Below, piece by piece: positions 38,618-50,753 of a stretch of 64,000 nt of DNA. Source of the stretch: Thermodesulfobacteriota bacterium (GTDB lineage: Bacteria > Desulfobacterota > Desulfarculia > JACQYL01); the NCBI GenBank assembly GCA_963675595.2, contig CAXXLZ010000002.1, forward strand, positions 2,016,001 to 2,080,000, written 5' to 3'. Under the pieces are notes generated by a model that was given only the letters and a program-made list of their open reading frames with translations, ran no database searches and was not told the DNA's origin. Position 1 is the stretch's first letter. Each line of letters starts with the position of its first letter. Position numbers and translations under genes: made by a program.

Positions 38618-39244
38618 TTATTTGGAGTAGAGCTCCACTATGAGCTGCTCCTGGATCGGCATCGTGATGTCGTCACGGCTCGGGAGTTCTCTCACTATTC
38701 CGCTGAAATTCTCAGAGTTGACTTCGATCCATTTGGGAACGCTACGCCTCGCCACCGCCTCCATAGCTGACAAAATCAGGGGATTCGTGCGACTCTTTTC
38801 AACGACGCTGATCGTATCTCCGACGGAAACCCGATACGAGGGGATGTTTACCTTGCGGCCGTTGACCAGAAAGTGGCTGTGTCGTGTGAACTGCCTACCC
38901 TGGTTCCGTGAGTCTGCGAAGCCCATACGGTAGACCACGTTGTCAAGACGCAATTCGAGAAGACGGAGCAGGTTTTCGCCGGTAATCCCCTTTTGCCTAT
39001 CCGCGTCGTGGAAGTACCTACGAAACTGATGCTCGAGTACGCCGTACATCCTACGCACCTTCTGCTTCTCCCTGAGCTGGACACCGTAGTCGGAAAACTT
39101 CCCACGTCTTTGTCCGTGCTGTCCGGGAGCGTAGCTTCGTCTTTCCCAGGCGCATTTGTCCGAGTAACAACGATCCCCTTTCAGGAAAAGCTTCATATTC
39201 TCACGTCGGCACAATCTGCAGACGGACTCTGTGTATCTGGCCAA
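38618..39244 (-). CDS. rpsD: 30S ribosomal protein S4
   Basis: CRLCRRE, QLREKQK, IVELYSK. Confidence 0.98.
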   Translation of the reverse strand: MARYTESVCRLCRRENMKLFLKGDRCYSDKCAWERRSYAPGQHGQRRGKFSDYGVQLREKQKVRRMYGVLEHQFRRYFHDADRQKGITGENLLRLLELRLDNVVYRMGFADSRNQGRQFTRHSHFLVNGRKVNIPSYRVSVGDTISVVEKSRTNPLILSAMEAVARRSVPKWIEVNSENFSGIVRELPSRDDITMPIQEQLIVELYSK

Positions 39245-39262
39245 GCTGAACCTCCTCTTGGA

Positions 39263-39655
39263 TCAAACTCTCCGCCGCTTGGGAGGGCGGCAACCGTTGT
39301 GGGGAATGGGGGTAACGTCCCGAATCAAGGATACGGAAAAACCCGCAGCCTGCAATGCACGCAGAGCCGCCTCTCGCCCGGAACCGGGTCCCTTCACATA
39401 GACCTCGATGTTCCGCACCCCGTGTTCCATCGCCGCCTTGGCCGCCTTCTCCGCGGCAAGCTGCGCCGCGAAAGGGGTGCTTTTCCTGGACCCCTTGAAG
39501 CCCTGGGAACCAGCGCTAGACCATCCCAACGTATTGCCGCTGGGATCCGTAATCGTCACGATGGTGTTGTTGAATGTGGCATGGATGTGAGCAACGCCGT
39601 TCAGGACGTTTTTCTTTTCCTTTTTCTTCTTCGGGGATCTTTTGCTTACAGCCAT
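39263..39655 (-). CDS. rpsK: 30S ribosomal protein S11
   Basis: [23 protein letters not shown]. Confidence 0.98.
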   Translation of the reverse strand: MAVSKRSPKKKKEKKNVLNGVAHIHATFNNTIVTITDPSGNTLGWSSAGSQGFKGSRKSTPFAAQLAAEKAAKAAMEHGVRNIEVYVKGPGSGREAALRALQAAGFSVSLIRDVTPIPHNGCRPPKRRRV

Positions 39656-39669
39656 CTCGTCTCAGCCTC

Positions 39670-40041
39670 TCATTTCTTTCTTCGCCCGATGGCGGCTCTT
39701 CGCGGGCCCTTTCGAGTCCTGGCATTGGTGCTCGTTCGCTGTCCGCGCACGGGCAGCCCCTTCCTATGCCGAAGCCCCCGATAACACCCAAGGTCCATGA
39801 GCCTTTTAATGCTCATGGCTACCTCACGGCGCTTGTCCCCTTCCACCTGGTACTCGCCGTCGATCACCTGCCGGATCGAGCGAACCTGATCGTCGCTCAG
39901 GTCATCGGATACAATGGCCCGATCCACACCGGCCTTGTCCAAAATCTCAACTGCCGTCGTTCGCCCGATACCGTAAATATACGTCAAAGCGAACTCAATC
40001 CGTTTGTTCTTAGGCAAATCGATGCCCGCAATTCTTGGCAA
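39670..40041 (-). CDS. rpsM: 30S ribosomal protein S13
   Basis: [24 protein letters not shown]; TTG start. Confidence 0.98.
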   Translation of the reverse strand: MPRIAGIDLPKNKRIEFALTYIYGIGRTTAVEILDKAGVDRAIVSDDLSDDQVRSIRQVIDGEYQVEGDKRREVAMSIKRLMDLGCYRGLRHRKGLPVRGQRTSTNARTRKGPRRAAIGRRKK

Positions 40042-40221
40042 GTCCCTGTCCTCCTATGTGGTGGGAAAAGCTCTCACCCTACAGCCGGTTGATTTTCCTC
40101 CCGGCGGTTCGGCTCAATATGCCCGGGCTCCCGTTGGCCCGACACGAGAGCCGGTTTCGCAAGGGGTGACTCCGCAGATCCGTGCAAAACGGACCATTGA
40201 ACCGGCGCCCCCGCCTTCCGG

Positions 40222-40335
40222 CTATCCCTGACGCTGTTTATGGCGGGGGTTCTCACAGATAACCCGAAGAATCCCTTTACGCTTCACAATCTTGCATTTA
40301 TTGCAGACGCGCTTCACCGAAGCCCTTACTTTCAT
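40222..40335 (-). CDS. rpmJ: 50S ribosomal protein L36
   Basis: Manually translated, absent from the ORF track: [37 protein letters not shown]. Confidence 0.97.
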   Translation of the reverse strand: MKVRASVKRVCNKCKIVKRKGILRVICENPRHKQRQG

Positions 40336-40382
40336 GGCCTCGCTCCTTGTTCGCCCCTAACAACGCCCCAGGGACCGGAAAG

Positions 40383-41132
40383 TCACGCCGGTCCGCTCAG
40401 GATGTCGGGGCCGTTCTTGGTTACGGCAATCGAATGTTCGAAGTGTGCACTCAATCTCCGATCCCTGGTGACCGCAGTCCACCCGTCATCCAGGATATCG
40501 ACTTCGTAGGTTCCCTCGTTGACCATGGGCTCGATGGCGAGGACCATACCCTCGCGAAGGCGAATTCCCTTCCCGGGAGGGCCGAAATTGGGTACCTGTG
40601 GGTCTTCATGAAGCTCTCGACCGATTCCGTGACCCACGAAGTTTCTCACCACGCTGAAACCGTGCTGTTCGACCCACTCCTGCACTGCATGGGAAATGTC
40701 TGACAGTCGGTTTCCCTCCTGCGCCATCTCGATCCCTTTGAAGAGAGATTCCTTGGTCGCTTCCATCAACTTCCGGGCGTTTTCCTTAACTCGCCCGATG
40801 GGAACGGTGACCGCCGAGTCGCCGTAGAATCCCTCGAAGAGCACCCCGAAATCCATACTCAGGATGTCACCTTCCTTGAGGGTGCTCTTGTTCGGAAACC
40901 CGTGCACTACTTGTTCGTTCACAGAGGCGCACAGACTGAAGGGATATCCGCGGTAGCCTTTAAAAGCCGGCTTGGCCCCTCGAGTTCTGCAAATCTCCTC
41001 GCTGATACGATCCAATTCAAGAGTATTGGTCCCCGGCCCGGCCAATTCCGATAGCTTTTGCAGAACCTCCGCTACAATGGCGTTGGCCCTCCGCATGATC
41101 TCGATCTCTTTTGGGGACTTGATGTGAATCAT
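40383..41132 (-). CDS. map: Methionine aminopeptidase type I
   Basis: VVHGFP, GHGIG..LHEDP, AIEPM, SAHFEHS. Confidence 0.97.
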   Translation of the reverse strand: MIHIKSPKEIEIMRRANAIVAEVLQKLSELAGPGTNTLELDRISEEICRTRGAKPAFKGYRGYPFSLCASVNEQVVHGFPNKSTLKEGDILSMDFGVLFEGFYGDSAVTVPIGRVKENARKLMEATKESLFKGIEMAQEGNRLSDISHAVQEWVEQHGFSVVRNFVGHGIGRELHEDPQVPNFGPPGKGIRLREGMVLAIEPMVNEGTYEVDILDDGWTAVTRDRRLSAHFEHSIAVTKNGPDILSGPA

Positions 41133-41138
41133 CTATCT

Positions 41139-41783
41139 CTAGCTCTGGATCACCTTCTTGATTCGACCATAAATCTCGTCGATCGAGCCCGTACCTTCGA
41201 TTTCACGAAGCAGGCTTTGATTACGATAGTATTCGATCAGCGGGAAGGTCTGATCCGCGTACACCTTCAGACGGTTACGCACGGTCGTTTCATTATCGTC
41301 GTCCCGCTGGTACAGGTCCTCCCCGCATTTGTCGCAGACGCCCTCTTTCGCGGGAGGCGTGAACATCACATGGTACATCGCACCACAATCCTTGCAGGTA
41401 CGACGGCCGCTCAGCCGCTTAACGAGTTCTTCATTATCCACGTCGATGCTCAAAACATGGTCGATCTTCTGGCCCAGCTTCCCCAACACGCTGTCCAATG
41501 CCTCGGCCTGAGGAACCGTGCGTGGAAATCCGTCAAGAATGTATCCACTTGTAGCATCGGGCTTTGCAAGTCGTTCTTCGATCAAGCCGATCACGACCTC
41601 GTCAGGTACCAGCGCACCCTTGTCCATGTATTCCTTCGCTTTAAGTCCGAGCTCGGTCTTGTTCGCCAAAGCGGCTCTGAGCATATCGCCGGTGGATATC
41701 TGAGGAATTTTGAACTCTTCGATGAGCTTCTTCGCTTGAGTTCCCTTACCGGCTCCAGGACCTCCCAACAGAATCAGGTTCAT
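41139..41783 (-). CDS. adk: Adenylate kinase (Zn-binding LID)
   Basis: GGPGAGKGTQ, LDGFPR, CKDC...CDKC. Confidence 0.98.
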   Translation of the reverse strand: MNLILLGGPGAGKGTQAKKLIEEFKIPQISTGDMLRAALANKTELGLKAKEYMDKGALVPDEVVIGLIEERLAKPDATSGYILDGFPRTVPQAEALDSVLGKLGQKIDHVLSIDVDNEELVKRLSGRRTCKDCGAMYHVMFTPPAKEGVCDKCGEDLYQRDDDNETTVRNRLKVYADQTFPLIEYYRNQSLLREIEGTGSIDEIYGRIKKVIQS

Positions 41784-41849
41784 GAACTCCTCCTAATCTT
41801 TGTTGCTCCGAGACGGAGCAGTAATCATTAAGGAAACGAAGCGTCGGAT

Positions 41850-43157
41850 CTAACGACGACCCTTCAGAGCCCCCTTCTTAAGAAAACCCTCGTAATGACG
41901 GGTCACCAAGTGAGACTCGATCTGGGCCATGGTATCGATCGCCACGCCCACCACGATGAGCAGCGCAGTGCCGCCGAAATAGAACGGTACGTTTAATTCC
42001 CGAATCAATATCGTGGGCATGACGCATACGGCGGCGACATAGATCGCCCCGCCGAAGGTGATGCGGGTCAACACTTTATCGATGTAATCCGCTGTATTCT
42101 TTCCGGGACGGATTCCAGGAATGAATCCCCCGTATTTTCTCATGTTATCGGCGATATCGACCGGGTTGAACGTCACTGCCGTATAAAAATAGCAGAAAAA
42201 GAAAATAAAACCTACATATAGAAGATAATAAATCAGGCTCCCCGGACTCAGGGCCCGAGAGATACTCTGCATGATCGGCAGATCGATGAATTGGGCGATG
42301 GTCGCGGGAAACATGATGATCGAGGAGGCGAAGATCGGAGGAATCACGCCCGCCGTATTGATCTTCAACGGCAAATGAGTGCTTTGTCCTCCATACATCC
42401 GCCTGCCTACCACACGTTTGGCATATTGGACCGGGATTCTCCTTTGACCCCGCTCAACGTAGCAAATGGCACCCACCACCGCCACCATGCCCCCCAAAAG
42501 CACCAGGAGCAAAAACGGCGCGACTTCACCGGTCCGAAGCAACCGCATCGTGTTCATGATGGCGCCGGGCATTCCGGCCACGATACCCGAAAAAATGATC
42601 AGCGAGATTCCGTTTCCGATCCCGCGTTCCGTAATCTGTTCACCCAGCCACATCAGGAAAGCCGTACCAGCGGCAAGCGTGATAACGGCCATGAGACGAA
42701 AACCCCAACCGGGTTCCGTTACCACCAACGCTCCCCCGGGCCCCGTCATTCTTTCGAGACCCACGGCGATGCCGAAACCTTGTATCGCGCTGAGTACAAC
42801 CGTACCATACCGCGTATACTGGGTAATTTTCTTCCTTCCCTGCTCACCCTCTTTCTTGAGCTTCCCCAGATAGGGGATGACCACGGTAAGGAGCTCGAGG
42901 ATAATGGCTGCGCTAATGTAAGGCATGATCCCCAGGGCCATCACGGAGAAGTTCTGTAGGGCACCTCCGGAGAACATATTGAACAAACCGAAAAGAGTTC
43001 CCTGCGTCCGTTCAAAAAAGGCGGCCAACGCCGCTCCGTCCACTCCGGGAGTGGGTATATGGCAACCGAGTCGGTAAACCGCCAGCATCAGCAGGGTGAA
43101 CAGGATCCTTCGCTTGAGCTCCGGTATTTTAGCAATACTCTGAAAGCCGCCGATCAA
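41850..43157 (-). CDS. secY: Preprotein translocase SecY
   Basis: [32 protein letters not shown]. Confidence 0.98.
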   Translation of the reverse strand: MIGGFQSIAKIPELKRRILFTLLMLAVYRLGCHIPTPGVDGAALAAFFERTQGTLFGLFNMFSGGALQNFSVMALGIMPYISAAIILELLTVVIPYLGKLKKEGEQGRKKITQYTRYGTVVLSAIQGFGIAVGLERMTGPGGALVVTEPGWGFRLMAVITLAAGTAFLMWLGEQITERGIGNGISLIIFSGIVAGMPGAIMNTMRLLRTGEVAPFLLLVLLGGMVAVVGAICYVERGQRRIPVQYAKRVVGRRMYGGQSTHLPLKINTAGVIPPIFASSIIMFPATIAQFIDLPIMQSISRALSPGSLIYYLLYVGFIFFFCYFYTAVTFNPVDIADNMRKYGGFIPGIRPGKNTADYIDKVLTRITFGGAIYVAAVCVMPTILIRELNVPFYFGGTALLIVVGVAIDTMAQIESHLVTRHYEGFLKKGALKGRR

Positions 43158-43158
43158 G

Positions 43159-43605
43159 CTAGATCACCTCGACCTTTCCGCCGGCCGCCTCAACTTTTTC
43201 CATCGCGCTTCGGCTTGCCTTGTGAACCATGATCGTCAGAGGCTTGCTCAGCTCACCTTGGCCGAGCAATTTCACTTTCCAGGAACCCTTGGACAGCATC
43301 CCTGCGGATTTCAGAGCTTCGAAATCTACAACGGTGCCAGCTTCAAACCGTTCAAGGTCTCTCACGTTGAAAATATTATACCGCTCCTTGAAGGGGAAGT
43401 TCTTAAAGCCTCCTTTGGGAAGCCTTCTGGACAACGGCATCTGGCCGCCCTCGAAATCGGGACGGACTTTGCCACCGGAACGGGATTTTTGTCCTTTCGA
43501 TCCGGCTCCCGCAGTCTTGCCCCATCCGGACCCCGGACCGCGCCCCACACGCTTGTTCTTTTTGTGGGCGCCTTCCGCGGGTTTCAGTTCGCTCAGCTTA
43601 ATCAT
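43159..43605 (-). CDS. rplO: 50S ribosomal protein L15
   Basis: [25 protein letters not shown]. Confidence 0.97.
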   Translation of the reverse strand: MIKLSELKPAEGAHKKNKRVGRGPGSGWGKTAGAGSKGQKSRSGGKVRPDFEGGQMPLSRRLPKGGFKNFPFKERYNIFNVRDLERFEAGTVVDFEALKSAGMLSKGSWKVKLLGQGELSKPLTIMVHKASRSAMEKVEAAGGKVEVI

Positions 43606-43610
43606 GGCTG

Positions 43611-43793
43611 TTACTCCAGGACTTCCACGAGATGGGAAACCTTCGCCACCATCCCGCGAGTCATCGGGGTGTCCTGCAACGTGACCGTGCGATTCAGTTT
43701 TCCAAGCCCCATGCCCTTGAGCACGGCCTTCTGCTTCTTGGGATACCCGATGGGGCTGCGCACCAATTTGATCGATATCTGCTTTGAGGTCAT
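43611..43793 (-). CDS. rpmD: 50S ribosomal protein L30
   Basis: IKLVRSPIG...GMVAKVSHLV. Confidence 0.95.
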   Translation of the reverse strand: MTSKQISIKLVRSPIGYPKKQKAVLKGMGLGKLNRTVTLQDTPMTRGMVAKVSHLVEVLE

Positions 43794-43808
43794 GATCTCA
43801 CCCTGCGA

Positions 43809-44306
43809 TTATCGAATGTCTTCCAGCGATTTTCCACGCTTGCGAGCAATGGACTCGGGGCTCTCGAGTTTTCGAAGCCCGTCGAGGGTGGCCTTAACGA
43901 CATTGTGAGGGTTGTTGGTTCCCAGGCACTTGGTGAGGATGTCCTTGATCCCGGCCACTTCGAGCACGGCGCGCACGGCGCCTCCGGCGATCACTCCCGT
44001 ACCTTCCGAGGCCGGTTTGAGCATCACCGCCCCCGCGCCGTGGTTCCCGATCACTTCATAGGGAATGGTCGAGTCGATGATCGGAATGGGCGTCATATCC
44101 TTCTTAGCATTTTCAGTGGCTTTTCTGATGGCTTCCGGCACTTCGTTGGCCTTGCCGAGGCCCGCCCCGACATTGCCCTTGCCGTCACCCACCACAACGA
44201 TCGCGCTGAAGCTGAAACGACGACCACCCTTGACGACCTTGGCGACGCGACTGAGGTGGACCACCTTGTCGCTTAACTGAGATTCCGCGGCGGATTTCTC
44301 AAACAA
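43809..44306 (-). CDS. rpsE: 30S ribosomal protein S5
   Basis: [22 protein letters not shown]. Confidence 0.98.
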   Translation of the reverse strand: MFEKSAAESQLSDKVVHLSRVAKVVKGGRRFSFSAIVVVGDGKGNVGAGLGKANEVPEAIRKATENAKKDMTPIPIIDSTIPYEVIGNHGAGAVMLKPASEGTGVIAGGAVRAVLEVAGIKDILTKCLGTNNPHNVVKATLDGLRKLESPESIARKRGKSLEDIR

Positions 44307-44419
44307 TGAACGTCCCCCTTGATGCTCTTGATCTTCTGTTTAGTTACGACCCGTCATTCCTATATTGAACTTGGGCATCGTCGACGCCCATCGGATCCAT
44401 ACAACGGGCCGCACCAGGC

Positions 44420-44785
44420 TCAAAAATCCAGCCCCGCCTCACGGGCGGCGTCACTGAGGGCCTTCACCCTCCCATGGTATCGGTAGCCGTTGGTGTCCAT
44501 GGCGACTTTTGAAATTCCCTTCACCTTGGCCTTTTCGGCAATCCGTTTACCGACGAGCTTGGCCATTCCGGTCTTGGCGCCTTCCGGCTTTTCGGAACGA
44601 GTTTCGCTCTCCACGCTGGATGCGCTCACTAAGGTCACCCCCAGGCCGTCGTCGATGATCTGAGCGTAAATGTGATTGGCCGAACGAAAAACCGTGAGCC
44701 TTGGACGCTCACTCGTGCCGTTAACCCTCGTCCGGACTCTTTTCTTGCGCTTTAGGTGCGCCGATCTCTTTTTGGACATCTTCAT
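44420..44785 (-). CDS. rplR: 50S ribosomal protein L18
   Basis: [22 protein letters not shown]. Confidence 0.97.
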   Translation of the reverse strand: MKMSKKRSAHLKRKKRVRTRVNGTSERPRLTVFRSANHIYAQIIDDGLGVTLVSASSVESETRSEKPEGAKTGMAKLVGKRIAEKAKVKGISKVAMDTNGYRYHGRVKALSDAAREAGLDF

Positions 44786-44805
44786 GGTTAACCACTCCCT
44801 AGGGA

Positions 44806-45345
44806 TTACTTCGAGCCCGCCTTGCCGACTTTGCGTCTAACCCGCTCGTTCTTGTAGCGGATACCCTTCCCCTTATACGGTTCGGGAGGTCTCACGGATC
44901 GGATGTCTGCCGCCGTCTGTCCCAAGAGCTCTTTGTCGATGCCCTCCAGGGAAATGTTCACCTGCTTTTCCACTTTGGCGGTAACTCCGGAAGGCAGAGG
45001 AAAGGTAACAGGCTTGGAATAACCTACATTCAGCATGAGGTTGCTTCCCTGAACCTCGGCACGGTAGCCCACACCGACGATTTCAAGGTCCCGTACAAAT
45101 CCTTTACTCACCCCTTCGATCATGTTACCGATCAAGCTCGTGGTGAGCCCGTGCATGGATCTGGACTCTCGAGTCTCTTCGCGGGGAACCACATGCAGGA
45201 CGGAGTCCTCAATATTCACTTCCATCCGAGAATCGATCCCTCGATTGAGCTTTCCCTTGGGACCTTCCACATAAACCATTGTATCCTGCACCGATACTTT
45301 GACCCCACTGGGGAGCGGTACCGGTCTTCTTCCAACGCGCGACAT
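44806..45345 (-). CDS. rplF: 50S ribosomal protein L6
   Basis: [17 protein letters not shown]. Confidence 0.98.
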   Translation of the reverse strand: MSRVGRRPVPLPSGVKVSVQDTMVYVEGPKGKLNRGIDSRMEVNIEDSVLHVVPREETRESRSMHGLTTSLIGNMIEGVSKGFVRDLEIVGVGYRAEVQGSNLMLNVGYSKPVTFPLPSGVTAKVEKQVNISLEGIDKELLGQTAADIRSVRPPEPYKGKGIRYKNERVRRKVGKAGSK

Positions 45346-45366
45346 GTTAGAACTCCTTCTTAGGCC

Positions 45367-45765
45367 CTACCAGACCAGGCAAATAACCTCGCCCCCCACG
45401 CCGGCTTTGCGGGCCTCCCGATCCGTTATCACGCCCTTTGAGGTCGATACAACGGCGATCCCCAGGCCGTTTTGGACCTTAGGGATATTCTCGCAGCCCA
45501 CGTACATTCGGCGGCTGGGTTTGCTCACACGTTCAAGGCCGGAGATGATGCTCTTCTGGTTCTCGTCGTACCTCAGGAAAAGCCGCAATATGCCTTGACG
45601 CCTGTCCTTGATCACCTTGTAATTCTTGATGTACCCCTCGTCCTTCATGATCTTGGCCAGGCTGATCTTGATACCGGACGCCGGGATGTCCACCTTGGTG
45701 AACTTCGCCATAATACCGTTACGAATCCGGGTCAGCATGTCCGCCAACGGATCGGTCATACTCAT
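45367..45765 (-). CDS. rpsH: 30S ribosomal protein S8
   Basis: TDPLADMLTRIRN, STSKG, GGEV. Confidence 0.98.
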   Translation of the reverse strand: MSMTDPLADMLTRIRNGIMAKFTKVDIPASGIKISLAKIMKDEGYIKNYKVIKDRRQGILRLFLRYDENQKSIISGLERVSKPSRRMYVGCENIPKVQNGLGIAVVSTSKGVITDREARKAGVGGEVICLVW

Positions 45766-45784
45766 AGTCACGACTCCTTGGAAC

Positions 45785-45970
45785 TTACCAGCTAGACTTG
45801 ATCACCCCGGGTATTTTCCCCCAGGAAGCCATTTGCCGGAAACAGATGCGACAGATTCCGAACTTCCGAAGGAAAGCCCTCGGACGTCCGCATCTCGGAC
45901 AGCGGTTGTATTCCCGGACCTTGAACTTTTTCGGCCTTCCGGCACTCACGATTTTCGATGTCTTCGCCAA
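45785..45970 (-). CDS. rpsN: 30S ribosomal protein S14 (zinc-binding type Z)
   Basis: RCPRCGRP...[18 protein letters not shown]. Confidence 0.97.
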   Translation of the reverse strand: MAKTSKIVSAGRPKKFKVREYNRCPRCGRPRAFLRKFGICRICFRQMASWGKIPGVIKSSW

Positions 45971-46094
45971 CTTGGTCCTCCATCCCGCAGAAAATTTCTA
46001 CAATCGCACAGGCAAAGGTTTTCTAACGTCTCCTCGGTGTAACCGCATCGGGAGCCCAGGCGGCGCCCGGCGGATCAATCCCCGAAAAAAGACA

Positions 46095-46634
46095 TTACTT
46101 CCGGAAAGGCATACCCATGGCGCCGATGAGGAACCGAGCCTCCTGGTCCGTCTTCGCCGTAGTGGTGATACAGATATTCATGCCTTTGACCTTTTCCACC
46201 GTATCATACTCGATCTCGGGGAAAATGATCTGTTCTTTCAAACCCATGGAAAAATTGCCGCGACCGTCAAAGGATTTATTCGGAATCCCACGGAAATCCC
46301 TGACTCGAGGAAGTGCGATGTTCACGAGTTTTTCGAGAAAATCGTACATCCTTCCCCGGCGTAAAGTCACCATACACCCGATGGGCATCCCTTTGCGCAA
46401 CTTGAAGCTCGCGATGGATTTCCTGGCCTTGGTGATCACAGGACGCTGCCCGGTGATGGCTGCGATCTCATTCACCGTGGAGTCCAGCAATTTCACGTTT
46501 TGGATCGCCTCACCCAACCCGACGTTCACGGTGATCTTCACGATTTTGGGAACTTCCATGACGTTCTTGTATCCAAACTCTTTGGTAAGAGAAGGGATAA
46601 CCTCGTCTTGGTAGTACTCTTTCAGCTTAGACAT
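46095..46634 (-). CDS. rplE: 50S ribosomal protein L5
   Basis: [21 protein letters not shown]. Confidence 0.98.
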   Translation of the reverse strand: MSKLKEYYQDEVIPSLTKEFGYKNVMEVPKIVKITVNVGLGEAIQNVKLLDSTVNEIAAITGQRPVITKARKSIASFKLRKGMPIGCMVTLRRGRMYDFLEKLVNIALPRVRDFRGIPNKSFDGRGNFSMGLKEQIIFPEIEYDTVEKVKGMNICITTTAKTDQEARFLIGAMGMPFRK

Positions 46635-46663
46635 GGTGCATTACTCGCAATTCGTCGGGACGA

Positions 46664-46984
46664 TCAGGCGTCCACTTGTTCATTGCACTTCCGGCAGATA
46701 CGTACCCGTTTTCCGTCGTCCAGTTCTTTGTGCCCGATGCGCGTAACCTGGCCGCACTTGGAACAGACCAACATCAGGTTGGAGGCGTGCAGCGCGGCTT
46801 CCTTCTCAATGATGCCGCCCTTGCCCGTCTTCTGACCGCCCCGGGAATGACGCTTGACAAAGTTCACCTTCTCCACGATGACACGATCTTTTTCGCGAAT
46901 GACGTTCAGCACTTTGCCCGTCTTGCCTTTGTCCTTGCCGGCGATGACCTTCACTTGGTCGTTTTTCTTGAGCCCTAGTTTCAT
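46664..46984 (-). CDS. rplX: 50S ribosomal protein L24
   Basis: KOW motif VIAGKDKGK.G. Confidence 0.97.
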   Translation of the reverse strand: MKLGLKKNDQVKVIAGKDKGKTGKVLNVIREKDRVIVEKVNFVKRHSRGGQKTGKGGIIEKEAALHASNLMLVCSKCGQVTRIGHKELDDGKRVRICRKCNEQVDA

Positions 46985-46995
46985 CTCGTTCGCTC

Positions 46996-47364
46996 CTAGA
47001 TGACTTCCGGTGCGAGGGACACGATTTTCATGAAGTTCTTCGCCCGAAGTTCTCTCGCCACGGGACCGAAAATACGTGTACCGATAGGCTCCCTCTGATT
47101 GTTGATCAGCACCGCCGAATTTTTGTCGAACTTGATATAGCTCCCATCGGGGCGTCCCACTTCCTTGGCGGTGCGAACCACCACCGCCTTCATCACGTCG
47201 CCCTTCTTCACCTTGGAATTGGGAATCGCTTCCCGCACGGAAACCACGATGATATCACCCAAAGATGCGTAGCGCCTCTTAGAGCCGCCCAGCACTTTGA
47301 TGCAGAAGAGCTTTTTCGCGCCCGAGTTGTCCGCGGCGTCTAGAATGGTCTGCGACTGAACCAT
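46996..47364 (-). CDS. rplN: 50S ribosomal protein L14
   Basis: [19 protein letters not shown]. Confidence 0.98.
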   Translation of the reverse strand: MVQSQTILDAADNSGAKKLFCIKVLGGSKRRYASLGDIIVVSVREAIPNSKVKKGDVMKAVVVRTAKEVGRPDGSYIKFDKNSAVLINNQREPIGTRIFGPVARELRAKNFMKIVSLAPEVI

Positions 47365-47378
47365 GTTCCACTCTCCAC

Positions 47379-47642
47379 TTACAACACTTTTTCAAGAATC
47401 TTGCCGACGCGGAAATGCTTGTCCTTGCTGATGGGTCTGCATTCCACGATAAGAACGCGGTCTCCCACGGAACAGGCGTTACCCTCGTCGTGGGCTTTGT
47501 ACTTTTTCTGCGTCTTCACGTATTTCTTGTACATAGGATGCTGATACAACCGCGTGACGCTCACCACCGCAGTCTTATCCATTTTATTACTGACCACCAC
47601 ACCGGTCAGGGTTTTCTTCCTTCCAACGTTTTCCTCGCCCAT
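47379..47642 (-). CDS. rpsQ: 30S ribosomal protein S17
   Basis: [24 protein letters not shown]. Confidence 0.97.
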   Translation of the reverse strand: MGEENVGRKKTLTGVVVSNKMDKTAVVSVTRLYQHPMYKKYVKTQKKYKAHDEGNACSVGDRVLIVECRPISKDKHFRVGKILEKVL

Positions 47643-47660
47643 GACTTTCCCCGGTATCGC

Positions 47661-47855
47661 TTAACCTTCGCGCCGTTCGTTGAGAATGGTCTTGACCCGC
47701 GCAATGTCTCGTTTCGTGGCCTTAACCCGCATTACATTTTCCAATTGGCCCGTCGCATGCTGGAACTTCAGGTTAAACAGCTCCTCAGTAAGCTCACGCT
47801 CCTTTTGGACCAATTCTTCGCGGTTCAGGTCTTTCAGTTCGGATACCTTCATCAC
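47661..47855 (-). CDS. rpmC: 50S ribosomal protein L29
   Basis: ELFNLKFQ..TGQLEN...IARVKT. Confidence 0.96.
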   Translation of the reverse strand: MMKVSELKDLNREELVQKERELTEELFNLKFQHATGQLENVMRVKATKRDIARVKTILNERREG

Positions 47856-48266
47856 CTACTCCTCCCGAACGACGATTTTGGTTCTTACGGGCAATTTCTG
47901 GGCGGCGAGCCGAAGCGCTTCCTTCATCACATCCAGCCTCACGCCGTCCATTTCATAAAGGATCCTTCCGGGCTTGATTACCGACACCCAGCCTTCCGGA
48001 GCCCCCTTACCTTTTCCCATGCGCGTTTCCGTAGGCTTCTTCGTGATCGGCTTGTCGGGAAAGATTCGAATCCAGATTTTCCCGCCCCTTTTTACGTGAC
48101 GGGTCATGGCGATACGAGCCGCCTCTATCTGCGGTGCCGTGATCCGGCCCATCTCCTGGGACTGAAGTCCAACACTTCCAAACTGAAGGCTCCCGCCGCG
48201 CCAGGAAAATCCTCGGATGCGCCCCTTCATTTGTTTACGATATTTGACCTTCTTGGGAGCTAGCAT
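47856..48266 (-). CDS. rplP: 50S ribosomal protein L16
   Basis: [15 protein letters not shown]. Confidence 0.98.
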   Translation of the reverse strand: MLAPKKVKYRKQMKGRIRGFSWRGGSLQFGSVGLQSQEMGRITAPQIEAARIAMTRHVKRGGKIWIRIFPDKPITKKPTETRMGKGKGAPEGWVSVIKPGRILYEMDGVRLDVMKEALRLAAQKLPVRTKIVVREE

Positions 48267-48325
48267 GGCTCAGGATTCCTTGTTACCTCAAAAGATAATT
48301 CGTGTTTCGGCCCGCTCATCCTCTC

Positions 48326-48958
48326 CTAGGCTTCATCCAAGATTTCGCCTTTAAAAATGAGCACCTTTACGCCGATCACACCGTACGTGGTTCTCGCTTC
48401 CGTGAAACCGTAGTCGACATCCGCGCGCAATGTATGCAACGGTACGCGGCCCTCACGGTACCATTCCCTACGGGCCATTTCCGCTCCGGCCAACCGTCCG
48501 CCGCAGGCGATCTTGATCCCCTGGGCCCCCAGTTTCATAGCGCTGGTCACCGCCTTTTTCATGGCCCGACGAAAAGCGACCCGACGTTCCAATTGAGAAG
48601 CAACGGCTTCCGCGACCAACTGGGCGTCCACTTCGGGTTTTCGGACTTCTTGGATGTCGATCATAATGTCGCGGTGGATCAGATTGACCAATTCTTTTTT
48701 CAGGGCTTCGATTTCCTGCCCTTTTTTCCCAATCACAATTCCCGGACGGGATGTATGAATGATGAGCTTGACCTTGCTTGCGGCCCGTTCCACCTCAATC
48801 TTGGAAACCCCGGCGTGACTCAATTTCTTCTTAAGAAACTTCCGGAGCTTATCATCCTCGATGAGGAACTTGGGGAACTCTTTCGAAGCGAACCATCTCG
48901 AGTCCCACGTCCGGTTGACACCCAATCGGAAGCCTATCGGATTGACCTTCTGTCCCAA
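48326..48958 (-). CDS. rpsC: 30S ribosomal protein S3
   Basis: TTG start, [22 protein letters not shown]. Confidence 0.97.
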   Translation of the reverse strand: MGQKVNPIGFRLGVNRTWDSRWFASKEFPKFLIEDDKLRKFLKKKLSHAGVSKIEVERAASKVKLIIHTSRPGIVIGKKGQEIEALKKELVNLIHRDIMIDIQEVRKPEVDAQLVAEAVASQLERRVAFRRAMKKAVTSAMKLGAQGIKIACGGRLAGAEMARREWYREGRVPLHTLRADVDYGFTEARTTYGVIGVKVLIFKGEILDEA

Positions 48959-48978
48959 AGCAAACCTCCCAAGTCGGT

Positions 48979-49311
48979 TTATGACTCTTCCAAAATGATG
49001 GTGATGTGGCTCGTTCGTTTGCGAATTCGAGTAGCTCTCCCCATGGCCCGCGGTCTCCATCGCTTCAAGGTCGGTCCTTCATCCGCATAGGCGGTCTTGA
49101 CCACCAGGGTATCCACATCAATATTGGGATTCTGGTCCGCATTGGCAACCGCCGAGTTCAGAACTTTAAGAATAAGGTCGGCGGCTCGCTTGTCGGTGAA
49201 TCTCAGCACGTTCAAGGCGTCTTCCACCCTTTTGCCCCTGACCGTGTCAATAATCAGCCGGGCTTTTTGAGGGGACACCCTCAAATATTTCCCCTGAGCA
49301 CGTACTTGCAT
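48979..49311 (-). CDS. rplV: 50S ribosomal protein L22
   Basis: SPQKARL, PRAMGRA..IRKRTSH. Confidence 0.97.
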   Translation of the reverse strand: MQVRAQGKYLRVSPQKARLIIDTVRGKRVEDALNVLRFTDKRAADLILKVLNSAVANADQNPNIDVDTLVVKTAYADEGPTLKRWRPRAMGRATRIRKRTSHITIILEES

Positions 49312-49328
49312 AACTCATGATCTCCAGG

Positions 49329-49616
49329 CTATTTCTTGCCTTTGACACGGGCCTTCTTATCGCCCGCATGCCCGTAAAAGGTACGCGTGGGGGCGAATTC
49401 GCCCAGCTTGTGTCCCACCATGTTTTCCGTCACGAATACGGGAATGAACTTCTTTCCGTTGTGCACCGCGAAGGTCAGGCCGATAAATTCGGGAACGATG
49501 GTAGAACGCCTCGACCACGTCTGGATCACCTTGCGTGAGCCGGAGTCTTTGGACTGCATCGCCTTCCTCATCAAATGACCGTCGAGAAAGGGTCCTTTTT
49601 TCAGCGATCTGGGCAC
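49329..49616 (-). CDS. rpsS: 30S ribosomal protein S19
   Basis: [21 protein letters not shown]. Confidence 0.98.
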   Translation of the reverse strand: MPRSLKKGPFLDGHLMRKAMQSKDSGSRKVIQTWSRRSTIVPEFIGLTFAVHNGKKFIPVFVTENMVGHKLGEFAPTRTFYGHAGDKKARVKGKK

Positions 49617-49625
49617 GTCTACCTC

Positions 49626-50453
49626 CTACTTCTTTGAACGCCTTTTCACGATAAAGTTGTCACTGAGCTTTCTCCGACGCGTCTTGTATCCCTTTGTCGG
49701 TTTACCCCAAGGCGTGACGGGATGGCGACCTCCGGAAGACTTGCCTTCACCACCGCCGTGCGGATGGTCGATCGGGTTCATGGCTACACCGCGCACCTTG
49801 GGCCTGAGTCCGAGCCAACGCTTTCGCCCGGCTTTGCCGATGGAGACGTTCTCGTGCTCCAGGTTGCCCAATTGCCCAATGCTGGCCTTGCAGTCGATCC
49901 TCACCATTCTTACTTCCCCGGAGGGAAGCTTCACCTGAGCGTAGGAGCCTTCCTTGGCCATAAGCTGTGCATAGCCTCCGGCCGAACGGACCATCTGCCC
50001 GCCACGACCGGGGTAAAGCTCAATATTATGAATATGAGTGCCCAGTGGAATATTTCGGATCGGAAGGCAGTTTCCCGGCTTAATATCTGCGCTGTCGCCG
50101 GAAATAACCATGTCGCCCACCCTGATCCTCAAGGGAGCCAGGATGTATCGCTTCTCACCATCCAAATAGTGCAGAAGGGCGATACGGGCGGATCGATTGG
50201 GGTCGTATTCGATGGTGGCCACTTTGGCGGGCACGCCGATCTTGTCTCGTTTGAAGTCGATGACGCGATAGCGCCGTTTGTGTCCACCGCCTCGATGCCG
50301 CGCCGTCACCCTGCCGTTGGCGTTCCTGCCACCGGACTTGCTGATGGGGCGGATCAGGCTTCTCTCCGGACTTGTCGTCGTGATCTCATCGAAGGTTGAA
50401 CTCGTCTGAAATCTTCGACCCGGAGACGTTGCATTACGTTTCTTGATCGCCAT
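49626..50453 (-). CDS. rplB: 50S ribosomal protein L2
   Basis: [25 protein letters not shown]. Confidence 0.98.
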   Translation of the reverse strand: MAIKKRNATSPGRRFQTSSTFDEITTTSPERSLIRPISKSGGRNANGRVTARHRGGGHKRRYRVIDFKRDKIGVPAKVATIEYDPNRSARIALLHYLDGEKRYILAPLRIRVGDMVISGDSADIKPGNCLPIRNIPLGTHIHNIELYPGRGGQMVRSAGGYAQLMAKEGSYAQVKLPSGEVRMVRIDCKASIGQLGNLEHENVSIGKAGRKRWLGLRPKVRGVAMNPIDHPHGGGEGKSSGGRHPVTPWGKPTKGYKTRRRKLSDNFIVKRRSKK

Positions 50454-50462
50454 GATACCCTC

Positions 50463-50753
50463 TTAAGCGCCTTCAAAGAAATCAACGTGTTCGCCGGGAG
50501 CCAAGGTAACGAGCGCCTTCTTCCAATCGGCTTTCTTGCCCGTGAATCTCCCCATGCGCTTCTTCTTCCCTTCCATGTTCATGGTGCGCACGTCAAGAAC
50601 CTTCACGTTGAACGCCTTCTCCACGGCCCGGCGAATTTCGATTTTGTTGGCCTTGGGGTTCACCGAGAAGGCAAGTTCGTTGTTTTCCTCTTTTTGGATA
50701 GTGCTCTTCTCCGTGATATGGGGCCTGAAGAGAATGTTATGCAGATCCTTCAT
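50463..50753 (-). CDS. rplW: 50S ribosomal protein L23
   Basis: [23 protein letters not shown]. Confidence 0.97.
   Translation of the reverse strand: MKDLHNILFRPHITEKSTIQKEENNELAFSVNPKANKIEIRRAVEKAFNVKVLDVRTMNMEGKKKRMGRFTGKKADWKKALVTLAPGEHVDFFEGA

Noticed and set aside
40336-40382. Absence of infA between map and rpmJ
   Set aside because: infA is commonly located elsewhere in deltaproteobacteria.
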